Shown: positions 10,101 through 17,586 of the stretch, piece by piece
Position numbering within the stretch: position 1 is the stretch's first letter
How the letters are laid out: every line of letters begins with the position of its first letter
From: a bacterium
Lineage (GTDB): Bacteria > UBA10199 > 2-02-FULL-44-16 > JAAZCA01
Assembly: GCA_963674695.2 (NCBI GenBank)
Contig: CAXXGI010000001.1
Coordinates: 32,001 to 96,000 of the forward strand
Length of the DNA: 64,000 nucleotides
Reading direction: 5' to 3'
Notes under the pieces: model-generated
What the model was told of the DNA's origin: nothing
The model's input: the letters and a program-made list of their open reading frames with translations, nothing else
Database searches by the model: none
Position numbers and translations under genes: made by a program

Positions 10101-11163
10101 CGACGAGATGAAGCAACACGCAGGAAAGCTGAAGGAACGCTTCGCCGGATACTTCTTCAACGAACTCGGCGGCACATCCGCTCTCGGCACCATGCAGGAC
10201 TTCGTCCGCTTCAAGGAGGATTTCGCGGGACCCTTCTTCGACGGCAACGCCCCCTGGAACGACCTCGAGGTCGTCGTCTTCGGCAATCGTGCGGACCGAC
10301 ATGCGACGCATCCCTTTTTGCAGGACACACCGGGCTTCGGCTTCACCATGCACGATCACGCGCTCTATACGCACATCGCCAGCGAACGCACCTATACGCA
10401 GGTCATGAACGGGCAGCGTCGAGCGGAACTGATCGAGAATCTCCTCGTCCAGTTCACCGGCCTCCCGACGAGACCGCGCTCGAAGAACAAGCTCTATGCC
10501 GACAGCGAATCGGTGAGCCGTACCCTGTTGAACGGACTCCCCACCTCGAAGCTCATCCGGATTCAGTGGCTCCTCAACAACCTCGCCGACCCGCGCTTCC
10601 GGCGCGAGATCATCCGGTCGATCGACGCGGACTGGAACGACAGGACGGGGGAGCACGGCGGCATCGTCATGCCGCGCGAAGATCGCCGGAACGGCATCGC
10701 CGACCCCTTCGAACCGATGACGATCACGAAGCTCCCGTCCAAAAACTGGAGCGCCGAGGACCCCGAGATTCGTAAACTCATCGATCAGATCGCCCGCGCA
10801 ACGAACCCGGATGAACAAAAGAAGCTCATCGTGCTTCGCGACGAACTGCTCGACGGGGGATATGGCCCGAACGAAGGAATGAAGCAGACCCGCTTCGGAT
10901 GGAGCATGCACTGGCACCAGCATGCCGTCCATCACGTTGGCGAAGAGATCGGCAGCTATGCCGGCCCCAGCGGCAGCCTGCAGACCGGCGGGGACATCGG
11001 GTCCGCCGTGGATCTCGGCGACGGCATCGTCATCACGCGGCTGGGCGATGAACGCTTCAATGTCGACCTCTACGGCGTCTATCCGGCATCGCCGAACGAA
11101 GGACCCCTCAAGGGAACCAAATGGAATGAATACGTCATCGACCTGGGCGTCTACGGACCGTAA
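7198..11163 (+). CDS. Large hypothetical protein (1321 aa) with C-terminal JAB/MPN-like motif
   Basis: Long ORF with genome-typical codon bias and no signal peptide; C-terminus has EHGGIV...HWHQH...YAGPS...GD. Confidence 0.8.
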   Translation: MARNVHNAAQHDESLFRGLDDFLRRADANGKLDTASEAAQHAHAIDRCLKMEEHEQWLTRFGTSNLKAWHGILTGLSDEQQFARWRTWKPEANTLRTYLMDQHFYGVPTRFIHQDGRNPRKRYLESPLHPRIEQEIVALCETAGSAKKVIRFIAQLEKSFPDEFSSCWKPFSERKELVFDRSFFRAHHGWRNTLSSTDEPGAFDGRTPDRMAAILATIRQMIGRRDFLAFTRRVDGILGWRFSFQKANAYFRFHDRWIKEGEAFFACLERRQGFLDLLANEGVADRIEEDIIARVTESKERTEMITRFVRAAGEHHFFDPSLNNTWAFMQFGMSNYRQSDEVRWFLDTVEKRGEGCFADIHRAAGLSTPPTLRLREFYELFWKLEKANVKDVEGIMRILRTHIFDAHRVDDTAIDIAGMWYTPFMKYISSNLPQFHAEKDLIQILDTLHQEGLLDSTLTNLREGYVAESTRLHAWLMNPTLTEEQERLLDDRSLRGLKIDAERLESESRLHAIRLLMTLGRRDNVNVGGGGWHIELSPSALQPETIEQQSFWITKTFALHQMMEDRSMDYWWGYSTHRDTLTDHLYRMGEKKDPPTDEVNALQAWVQKMGERYPRYPNPRNEIWNELFFHIMLSANGGLPPQEELDFFEQKVFASTLSTALDGGRVNATFVDIVQFYSRSPIAAWKQFPQAMRWMDRLIERDVRRGIFANRSWFDDPEVMQSIARFDAAVGSASIDALARMERLFFSAEPLFPIHYKWDGGSTPGITDFLSLCMDALTGSDETLEALLQTIARAEEKPEFGSFKGFERIRSSFDPNNPGALVGVFQQWRRLGLSPKRYRGEKGFLHLTEGDERHIQTYAQQIVQREELRFYELPFLLGVEEERFIRWLDLDKTLRERKLDVSHFVSMELVDLPHVVELFAYLNEEGLLVSIDRRLASALDPNTHPAFRVSPEAIAAFKKMLAWCAEHIDEMKQHAGKLKERFAGYFFNELGGTSALGTMQDFVRFKEDFAGPFFDGNAPWNDLEVVVFGNRADRHATHPFLQDTPGFGFTMHDHALYTHIASERTYTQVMNGQRRAELIENLLVQFTGLPTRPRSKNKLYADSESVSRTLLNGLPTSKLIRIQWLLNNLADPRFRREIIRSIDADWNDRTGEHGGIVMPREDRRNGIADPFEPMTITKLPSKNWSAEDPEIRKLIDQIARATNPDEQKKLIVLRDELLDGGYGPNEGMKQTRFGWSMHWHQHAVHHVGEEIGSYAGPSGSLQTGGDIGSAVDLGDGIVITRLGDERFNVDLYGVYPASPNEGPLKGTKWNEYVIDLGVYGP

Positions 11164-11212
11164 GCGCGCGAAAAAATATGATGCAACCTTTCCCCTTGTA
11201 AACCATATTTAT

Positions 11213-11269
11213 CGGCACTATAATAACACTAACTCTAATAAATAATGAATTAGTGCCATTATGATATCA
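11213..11269. promoter_or_regulatory. Putative autoregulatory operator pair of the hipBA-like operon
   Basis: CGGCACTATAATAACACTA (11213-31) and TAGTGCCATTATGATATCA (11251-69) are related and oppositely oriented, in an AT-rich spacer. Confidence 0.45.
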
Positions 11270-11566
11270 CTTATAACACCATGCGAAGCGCTTGAAACGG
11301 TCGCAAAAACCATGCGACAGAGACGGCTGCAGCTCAACATCACGCAGGTTCAACTCTCCGAACGCTCGGGGGTCAGCCTCGCCGTCCTGCGCAAATTCGA
11401 ACGCACCGGAAAGATTTCGATCGAGTCGTTCCTGAAGCTGGCCCTGGTCCTGGGGGTGATGCAGGAGATCTTGGACGCCCTCGCGATCAAGGAGGAGGTG
11501 TTCACCTCCATCGATGAAGTGCTGGAAGATCATACCGCGAAACGGAGAAAACGAGCACGTCCATGA
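11261..11566 (+). CDS. XRE-family HTH antitoxin (HipB-like)
   Basis: RRLQLNITQVQLSERSGVSLAVLRKFERTG HTH; 4-nt overlap with hipA. Confidence 0.88.
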   Translation: MISLITPCEALETVAKTMRQRRLQLNITQVQLSERSGVSLAVLRKFERTGKISIESFLKLALVLGVMQEILDALAIKEEVFTSIDEVLEDHTAKRRKRARP

Positions 11567-12804
11567 AACAGACGACCATCAATCTCATTTCGGTGTCGCT
11601 CGATCGTGGCGAAACATCGCTGCGCGTTGGTCGCCTCGCCTCACGAGACCACCGCATCTATTTTGAATACGACCCCGAATGTATCAAACGAAAACTCGAG
11701 ATCTCACCGTTTCACCTTCCCTTGAAGGCCGGCCTTCAATCCTTCGACAACAGCCCCTTCGATGGACTGCCCGGTATCTTCAACGACAGCCTCCCCGACG
11801 GTTGGGGGCGATTGCTCCTCGATCGCGCGATCAGGGCGCGGGGCGGCAATCCCGCCGCATTCACCCCGTTGGATCGTCTGGCCCATGTCGGACGACAGGG
11901 AATGGGCGCGCTGACCTACGAACCGGACCACGGTGAACACGTCTCCTCGGAGAAAATTCATCTGAATACATTGGCCGCGCACGCCCGCGATGTCCTTGAA
12001 GGCAAAACCGAAGCGGTCTTCGAGGAACTCCTGGCGTTGAACGGTTCTTCCGCAGGCGCACGCCCAAAGGCACTCATCGGCGTCAGCGACGGAAAACGAT
12101 CCATCGTGCACGGCGTTGCCGATCTGCCCGAGCATTACGAACACTGGCTCGTCAAATTTCCCAACACCCAGGATGGACCTGACAGCGGGGCGATCGAATA
12201 CGTCTATGCCGAAATGGCCCGTGCATCCGGCGTGGAGATGACTGAAACCCACCTCTTCCCCGCCAAGAGAGGCGCCGGATATTTCGCCACGAAGCGATTC
12301 GATCGAGATCACAACGGCCGCATCCATGTCCATACGGCATGCGGCCTGCTGCACACCGATTTCAGAGCACCTTCTCTCGACTATGAAGATCTGATCAAGG
12401 CAACGCTCATCCTCACCAAGGATACACGGGAAGTCGAAAAGATGTTTCGCCTGGCCGTCTTCAACGTCCTCGCGCACAACCGGGACGATCACGCCAAGAA
12501 CTTTTCTTTCCTCATGGATGAAGACGGCCAATGGAAACTCGCTCCGGCCTACGACCTCACCTTCTCATCCGGCCCGCGCGGCCAACAGAGCACGATGGTC
12601 ATGGGCGAAGGAAACAACCCCACCGTCGAACACCTCATAGCACTCGCGCATATCGCCGATATCGACGCCGCAAAGGCCGGATCCATCATCGAACAGACGA
12701 AGGCTACCCTGAACACCTGGCCCAAACGGGCAAGACAAAACGGGGTGTCCAAGACGAAACGCGATGCGATTTCGAAGGCGGTTGTGCCATCACCCGAAAA
12801 TTGA
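11563..12804 (+). CDS. hipA: Type II TA HipA-family kinase toxin
   Basis: DSLPDGWG, SSAGARPK, KRFDR, NRDDHAKNFSF and LAPAYDL. Confidence 0.93.
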   Translation: MKQTTINLISVSLDRGETSLRVGRLASRDHRIYFEYDPECIKRKLEISPFHLPLKAGLQSFDNSPFDGLPGIFNDSLPDGWGRLLLDRAIRARGGNPAAFTPLDRLAHVGRQGMGALTYEPDHGEHVSSEKIHLNTLAAHARDVLEGKTEAVFEELLALNGSSAGARPKALIGVSDGKRSIVHGVADLPEHYEHWLVKFPNTQDGPDSGAIEYVYAEMARASGVEMTETHLFPAKRGAGYFATKRFDRDHNGRIHVHTACGLLHTDFRAPSLDYEDLIKATLILTKDTREVEKMFRLAVFNVLAHNRDDHAKNFSFLMDEDGQWKLAPAYDLTFSSGPRGQQSTMVMGEGNNPTVEHLIALAHIADIDAAKAGSIIEQTKATLNTWPKRARQNGVSKTKRDAISKAVVPSPEN

Positions 12805-12869
12805 CTTCCCCCCCCTTTTCCACTAGATCCTCCTGCAGAGTGTCCCTTCAAAACCTTTCAGGAGGTCTT

Positions 12870-14420
12870 ATGCCGACGCCGTTTGCCAACGAACCCTTTA
12901 CCGATTTTTCCAACCCCGAGAATAAGCACGCCATGGAGCAGGCGCTCGCCGATGTCGCCGCGCAGTTCGGCGCCGAGTATCCGATCGTCTTGGGTGGCGA
13001 GCACATCACCTGCGAAAAGAAGATCCGTTCGATCAATCCATCGAAGACCAGTGAAGTGGTCGGCAGTGCCCAAAAGGGAACGCCCGATATGGTGGAGACG
13101 GCGCTCGACGCGGCCGAAAAGGCATTCGAGACGTGGCGCTTCACGCCCGCGACGGAGCGCGCCGATCTCTGCTTCAACCTCGCCGCTGAGATGCGCCGTC
13201 GCAAATACGAGCTGGCCTCCTGGATGGTCTATGAGATCGGCAAGAGCTGGGCGGAGGCCGACGGCGATGTGGCCGAAGCGATCGATTTCTGTGAATTCTA
13301 CGGCCGTGAGGCGTTGCGCTGGGGCGAAGTGCGCCAGTCCCTCCCCTATCCGAATGAAACGAACGTGCTCGTCTATCAGCCGTTGGGCGTCGGTGCCGCC
13401 ATCCCGCCGTGGAACTTTCCGCTGGCGATTTTGGCCGGCGTGACGATCGGTCCGGCCGCCGCGGGAAATACCATGATCCTCAAACCCGCCAGCGACACGC
13501 CGGTGATCGCCGCGAAGTTCATGGAGATGGTCGAGAAGGTCGGCTTCCCCAAGGGCGTGATCAATTTCCTGACCGGTTCTGGATCAGACGTCGGCGAGAC
13601 GCTCATCACGAACCCGCGCGTGCGCTTCGTCAACTTCACCGGATCGCGCGAGGTGGGTCTGCACATCGTCGAGGAATCCGGAAAGACGCGTCCGGGGCAG
13701 AAGTGGATCAAACGGGTCGCCGTCGAGATGGGCGGCAAGGATGCGACGATCGTCGATGCCGAGGCCGACATCGATGCGGCCGTCGAGGGCGTGGCGATGG
13801 CCGCCTTCGGCTTCCAGGGTCAGAAGTGTTCGGCCTGTTCGCGCGCCATCGTCGACGCCAAGCTCTACGATGCATTTTTGGAGAAGCTCGTCGCACGCGT
13901 GAAGACGATCACCGTCGGCCCCGTGAACGACCCGGAGAACTTCATGGGCCCGGTCTCGAGCAAGGCCGCCTTCGACAAGATCCGCAGCTATATTGAAATC
14001 GGCAAAAAAGAGGGGCGCCTCATGTGCGGCGGCGAGGGAAATGACAAGACGGGCTTGTTTATTCAACCCACGGTCATCGCCGATGTCGCCCCCACCGCGC
14101 GCATCGCGCAGGAGGAGATCTTCGGACCCGTGCTGGCCGTCATCAAGGCGCAGGACTTCGACGATGCCATCTCCATCTTTAACGGCACCGACTACGGGCT
14201 CACCGGCGGCGTCTTCACGAAAAGCCGCGACAAGATCGAGCGCGCCAAGCGCGAGTGCTACTGCGGCAACTTCTACGTCAATCGCAAGATCACCGGTGCG
14301 CTCGTTGCCGTGCAACCCTTCGGCGGCTACAACATGTCGGGCACCTGCTCCAAGGCCGGCGGCCATGACTACATGGGCCTCTTCCTGGAGGCGAAGGCGG
14401 TGTGTGAACGCATTTCGTGA
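12870..14420 (+). CDS. pruA: L-glutamate gamma-semialdehyde (P5C) dehydrogenase
   Basis: F.NEP, PWNFP, FTGS, EMGGKD, GFQGQKCSACSR and EEIFGP; GGAGG RBS. Confidence 0.95.
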   Translation: MPTPFANEPFTDFSNPENKHAMEQALADVAAQFGAEYPIVLGGEHITCEKKIRSINPSKTSEVVGSAQKGTPDMVETALDAAEKAFETWRFTPATERADLCFNLAAEMRRRKYELASWMVYEIGKSWAEADGDVAEAIDFCEFYGREALRWGEVRQSLPYPNETNVLVYQPLGVGAAIPPWNFPLAILAGVTIGPAAAGNTMILKPASDTPVIAAKFMEMVEKVGFPKGVINFLTGSGSDVGETLITNPRVRFVNFTGSREVGLHIVEESGKTRPGQKWIKRVAVEMGGKDATIVDAEADIDAAVEGVAMAAFGFQGQKCSACSRAIVDAKLYDAFLEKLVARVKTITVGPVNDPENFMGPVSSKAAFDKIRSYIEIGKKEGRLMCGGEGNDKTGLFIQPTVIADVAPTARIAQEEIFGPVLAVIKAQDFDDAISIFNGTDYGLTGGVFTKSRDKIERAKRECYCGNFYVNRKITGALVAVQPFGGYNMSGTCSKAGGHDYMGLFLEAKAVCERIS

Positions 14421-14438
14421 AAACACGAGGAGGCGGTC

Positions 14439-15383
14439 ATGGCAACCCAACTCACGGCAACACGAGGGCCGGTCATGAAACAGAGCTCATCAACGCTGCA
14501 CAGCGCGCCCCGTCACTTCGGCACGCTGCTCTCAAAACTCATCGCCCCGTTCGCGCGACGCTACATCGCGGGGACCACGCTGGCCCAAGCGCTGGACAAA
14601 CTCGCGCAGCTCAAGGCGGAAGGGTTTGAAACCACCTTCGACCACCTGGGCGAGAGCGTGACCAGCCCCGAAGAAGCCAAAATGGCAACGGAACAATATG
14701 TCGTGATGCTGCGCGCGCTCAAAGAGCGGGGGCTCGATCGAAACGTCTCCGTGAAACTTACCTCCATCGGGCTGGCGATCGACGAGAACCTTGCCCGCGA
14801 ACACCTCGCCCAGATCGTGCATGCCGCCGAGGAATCCCACGGGTTCGTCCGCGTCGACATGGAGGGGTCCGACGTCACCAGCACCACGCTCGACATCGTG
14901 CGCGACACGAAAAAAAATCGCTCCACGCCGGTGGGCACGGTGCTTCAGGCCATGCTCAAGCGCACGCCAACCGATGCGTTGGAACTGTTGCGCAAAGAGA
15001 CGACCATCCGCCTCTGCAAGGGGGCCTACAAGGAACCGCCGGAGACGGCCTATCAGGACATGAGCGAAATTCGGCACCAGTTCATGGCGCTGACCAAGAG
15101 ACTGCTCACCTCGGGGCTCTATCACGGCATCGCCACGCACGATGTGCAGCTCATCACCGAGCTCAAACGCTTCGCGCGCGAACAGAAGATCCCGAAGGAC
15201 GCCTTCGAATTCCAGATGCTCCTCGGCATTCGTTCCAAGGTGGCCCGCCAACTCGTCGCCGAAGGCTGGCGCGTGCGCATCTACGTCCCCTTCGGCCGCG
15301 CCTGGCTCCCCTATATGTGGCGCCGGCTGCGCGAGCGAAAAGAAAACGTTTGGTTTTTCGCGCAGAGTATATGGCAACGATAA
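14439..15383 (+). CDS. Monofunctional proline dehydrogenase
   Basis: DHLGE, SVKLT, VDME, RLCKGAY, IATHD, FEFQML and YVPFG..W.PY..RRL.ER. Confidence 0.93.
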   Translation: MATQLTATRGPVMKQSSSTLHSAPRHFGTLLSKLIAPFARRYIAGTTLAQALDKLAQLKAEGFETTFDHLGESVTSPEEAKMATEQYVVMLRALKERGLDRNVSVKLTSIGLAIDENLAREHLAQIVHAAEESHGFVRVDMEGSDVTSTTLDIVRDTKKNRSTPVGTVLQAMLKRTPTDALELLRKETTIRLCKGAYKEPPETAYQDMSEIRHQFMALTKRLLTSGLYHGIATHDVQLITELKRFAREQKIPKDAFEFQMLLGIRSKVARQLVAEGWRVRIYVPFGRAWLPYMWRRLRERKENVWFFAQSIWQR

Positions 15384-15386
15384 CAT

Positions 15387-15414
15387 CCGTGACACGTGAC
15401 CCGTGACACGTAAC
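15387..15414. repeat. Heptamer tandem repeat (MCGTGAC)x4
   Basis: Intergenic between PRODH and rocD; last unit degenerate. Confidence 0.8.
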
Positions 15415-15426
15415 AGAGGAGATACT

Positions 15427-16626
15427 ATGTCGAAGACGGATACGTTCATTCAGGAAGTCGAAACATTCAGTGCGCACAACTATCATCCGCTGCCCGTCGT
15501 CATCTCTAAAGCGAAGGGCATCTGGGTCACCGACGTCGAGGGGAAGCGCTACATCGACATGCTCTCCGCCTATTCGGCCGTGAACCAGGGGCATCTCCAC
15601 CCGAAGATCATCGCCGCCTTGAACAGACAAGCCGAGACCCTCACGCTGACCTCGCGCGCATTTCACAACGACAAAATGGGACCGTTTCTGCGCAAGCTCA
15701 CAACGCTCACGGGGTATGACAAGGCGCTGCTCATGAACACGGGGGCAGAGGCGGTGGAGACGGCCATCAAAGCGGCACGCCGCTGGGGCTACACCAAGAA
15801 GAACATTCCCGAGGGGAAGGCCAAGATCATCGTCTGCGCCGAGAACTTTCACGGCCGCACGACGACGATCGTCGGCTTCTCGACCGATGCCACCTGCCGC
15901 ACGGGATTCGGCCCCTTCACACCGGGGTTTGAGATCATCCCGTACAACGATCCCAAGGCGCTCGAGGCGGCGATCGACGAGAACACCGTCGCCTTCCTGG
16001 TGGAACCGATCCAGGGAGAAGCCGGCGTGAACGTCCCCTCCGACGGCTACCTCGCGCGTTGCCGCGAAATCACGAAGGAGAAGAACGTCCTGCTCATCTG
16101 CGACGAGATCCAGACCGGGTTTGGCCGTACCGGCCGCATGTTCTGCAGCGACTGGGAGAACGTGCGCCCCGACATCATCTGCATGGGCAAGGCCCTTGGC
16201 GGCGGCGTCTACCCGGTCTCCGGTATCGTGGCCGACGACGAGGTCATGATGGCCGCGTTCGAACCGGGCAACCACGGCTCGACCTTCGGCGGAAATCCGC
16301 TGGCCTGCGCGGTGGCCTCGGCCGCCGTCGACGTGATCGTCGATGAACACCTGCCGGAGCGCTCGGCTGAACTGGGCGATTATTTCCGCGGTGAGCTGCG
16401 CAAGATCGACAACCCGAAGATCACGGATGTGCGGGGAAAGGGACTCCTCACCGGCATGCAGTTCGAAGGAACGATCGCGCACGACTATTCGGTAAAGCTC
16501 ATGGAGCGCGGAATCCTGGCCAAGGATACGCACGGACACACGATCCGTTTCGCCCCACCGCTGGTGATCACCAAGGAAGAACTCGCGAGCGCCCTCGACA
16601 CGATCCGGGAGGTCTGCGGGAAATAG
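15427..16626 (+). CDS. rocD: Ornithine--oxo-acid aminotransferase
   Basis: AHNYHPLPVV, SAYSAVNQGH, EPIQGEAG, DEIQTG, GKALGGG and HGSTFGGNPLA. Confidence 0.95.
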   Translation: MSKTDTFIQEVETFSAHNYHPLPVVISKAKGIWVTDVEGKRYIDMLSAYSAVNQGHLHPKIIAALNRQAETLTLTSRAFHNDKMGPFLRKLTTLTGYDKALLMNTGAEAVETAIKAARRWGYTKKNIPEGKAKIIVCAENFHGRTTTIVGFSTDATCRTGFGPFTPGFEIIPYNDPKALEAAIDENTVAFLVEPIQGEAGVNVPSDGYLARCREITKEKNVLLICDEIQTGFGRTGRMFCSDWENVRPDIICMGKALGGGVYPVSGIVADDEVMMAAFEPGNHGSTFGGNPLACAVASAAVDVIVDEHLPERSAELGDYFRGELRKIDNPKITDVRGKGLLTGMQFEGTIAHDYSVKLMERGILAKDTHGHTIRFAPPLVITKEELASALDTIREVCGK

Positions 16627-16643
16627 CCAGACACGCCTCACAC

Positions 16644-16677
16644 AAAAGCCCCACCCGAAACCGGGTGGGGCTTTTTT
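16644..16677. terminator. Bidirectional rho-independent terminator
   Basis: AAAAGCCCCACCCG-AAAC-CGGGTGGGGCTTTTTT between convergent genes. Confidence 0.9.
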
Positions 16678-16694
16678 ATCTCTTCATCGTATGG

Positions 16695-17420
16695 CTACGC
16701 TTTCATCTTGCACTGGTAATATCGGCGTTTACAAAACTGAACTTCGTACACAAGGTGTGGCAAGTGACCACGTTCAATACACCCCTCATCTTTAGAGAAT
16801 GCCTCTTCCAGGAAACCCACACGATGCATGCAATCGACGTAATCATCGTCACACGCATCGGCGGGACAGATCGTCTCTTCATCGTATATCGTCACATCGG
16901 GTTCGCACAATGGAGCGGGCGCGATCACAACACATCCATCATCCTCGCTCTCTTCAGCGTCGCCTTCACATTCAAGCTCAATAATCGCCCCCTCAAGCTT
17001 CTCAATTTTTTCCCTTCCGGCCCAATCCTTCACCTGAAAGTCCCCTCCGGCGATGGACGCAATCGCCGCTTCATCCGCATGCATCACATCCCGAAGGCGC
17101 TGCGCTTCATCAGATGCGACATCCTCAAGTGTGTCCTCGTAATCGCTCGAATCCTTGGAGCTCGAATCCTTGGAGATAATACATGTGATAATTTTAAATC
17201 CTTCCTCATTACGCACTATGCAATAGCTCTGCGGGTTCTCAGCCGATGGCGCTGTTTTCGCAAGTTCGTTGATGGTATCACTTCTCGCCCGATCCCAGCG
17301 CGGTTCCTCAAAGCGAATCGCCCTGGAGGTGTCAATTATAACGTTGTGCTGCGTTGCCAAAACCGGAAGCGCAAAGGAAAAACCCATCACCAACACCACT
17401 GCCCAGATTGCCTTCTTCAT
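16695..17420 (-). CDS. Secreted acidic Cys-rich hypothetical protein
   Basis: Signal peptide MKKAIWAVVLVMGFSFALPVLA; GGGGG RBS; many Cys in the C-terminal half. Confidence 0.75.
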   Translation of the reverse strand: MKKAIWAVVLVMGFSFALPVLATQHNVIIDTSRAIRFEEPRWDRARSDTINELAKTAPSAENPQSYCIVRNEEGFKIITCIISKDSSSKDSSDYEDTLEDVASDEAQRLRDVMHADEAAIASIAGGDFQVKDWAGREKIEKLEGAIIELECEGDAEESEDDGCVVIAPAPLCEPDVTIYDEETICPADACDDDYVDCMHRVGFLEEAFSKDEGCIERGHLPHLVYEVQFCKRRYYQCKMKA

Positions 17421-17468
17421 TATTGCCCCCTTTAAAAGATTGAGTTCATCCCCCCGCCTACACCTCCA

Positions 17469-17497
17469 TTATCGGCAACGTGACAGTTCAAAGTTGC
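17469..17497 (-). promoter_or_regulatory. sigma28/FliA-like promoter
   Basis: Minus strand GCAACTTT-N13-GCCGATAA. Confidence 0.55.
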
Positions 17498-17586
17498 GTC
17501 CCACACCCAAAAAAAGCGCTGATTGACATATCCCGCCGAATTTTATAGGGAATTTCATTCATTTCATCCGCGAAGAGGACGTTTCC

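Noticed and set aside
7693-10935. 1080-aa antisense ORF and other long opposite-strand ORFs (e.g. 55550-57721, 49767-51692, 25632-27311)
   Set aside because: Shadow frames expected from high-GC codon bias; no motifs, and fully overlapping better-supported genes.
16665-17435. 256-aa plus-strand ORF opposite the secreted Cys-rich gene
   Set aside because: Starts inside the terminator and has no RBS; the minus-strand ORF has an RBS, signal peptide and promoter motif.
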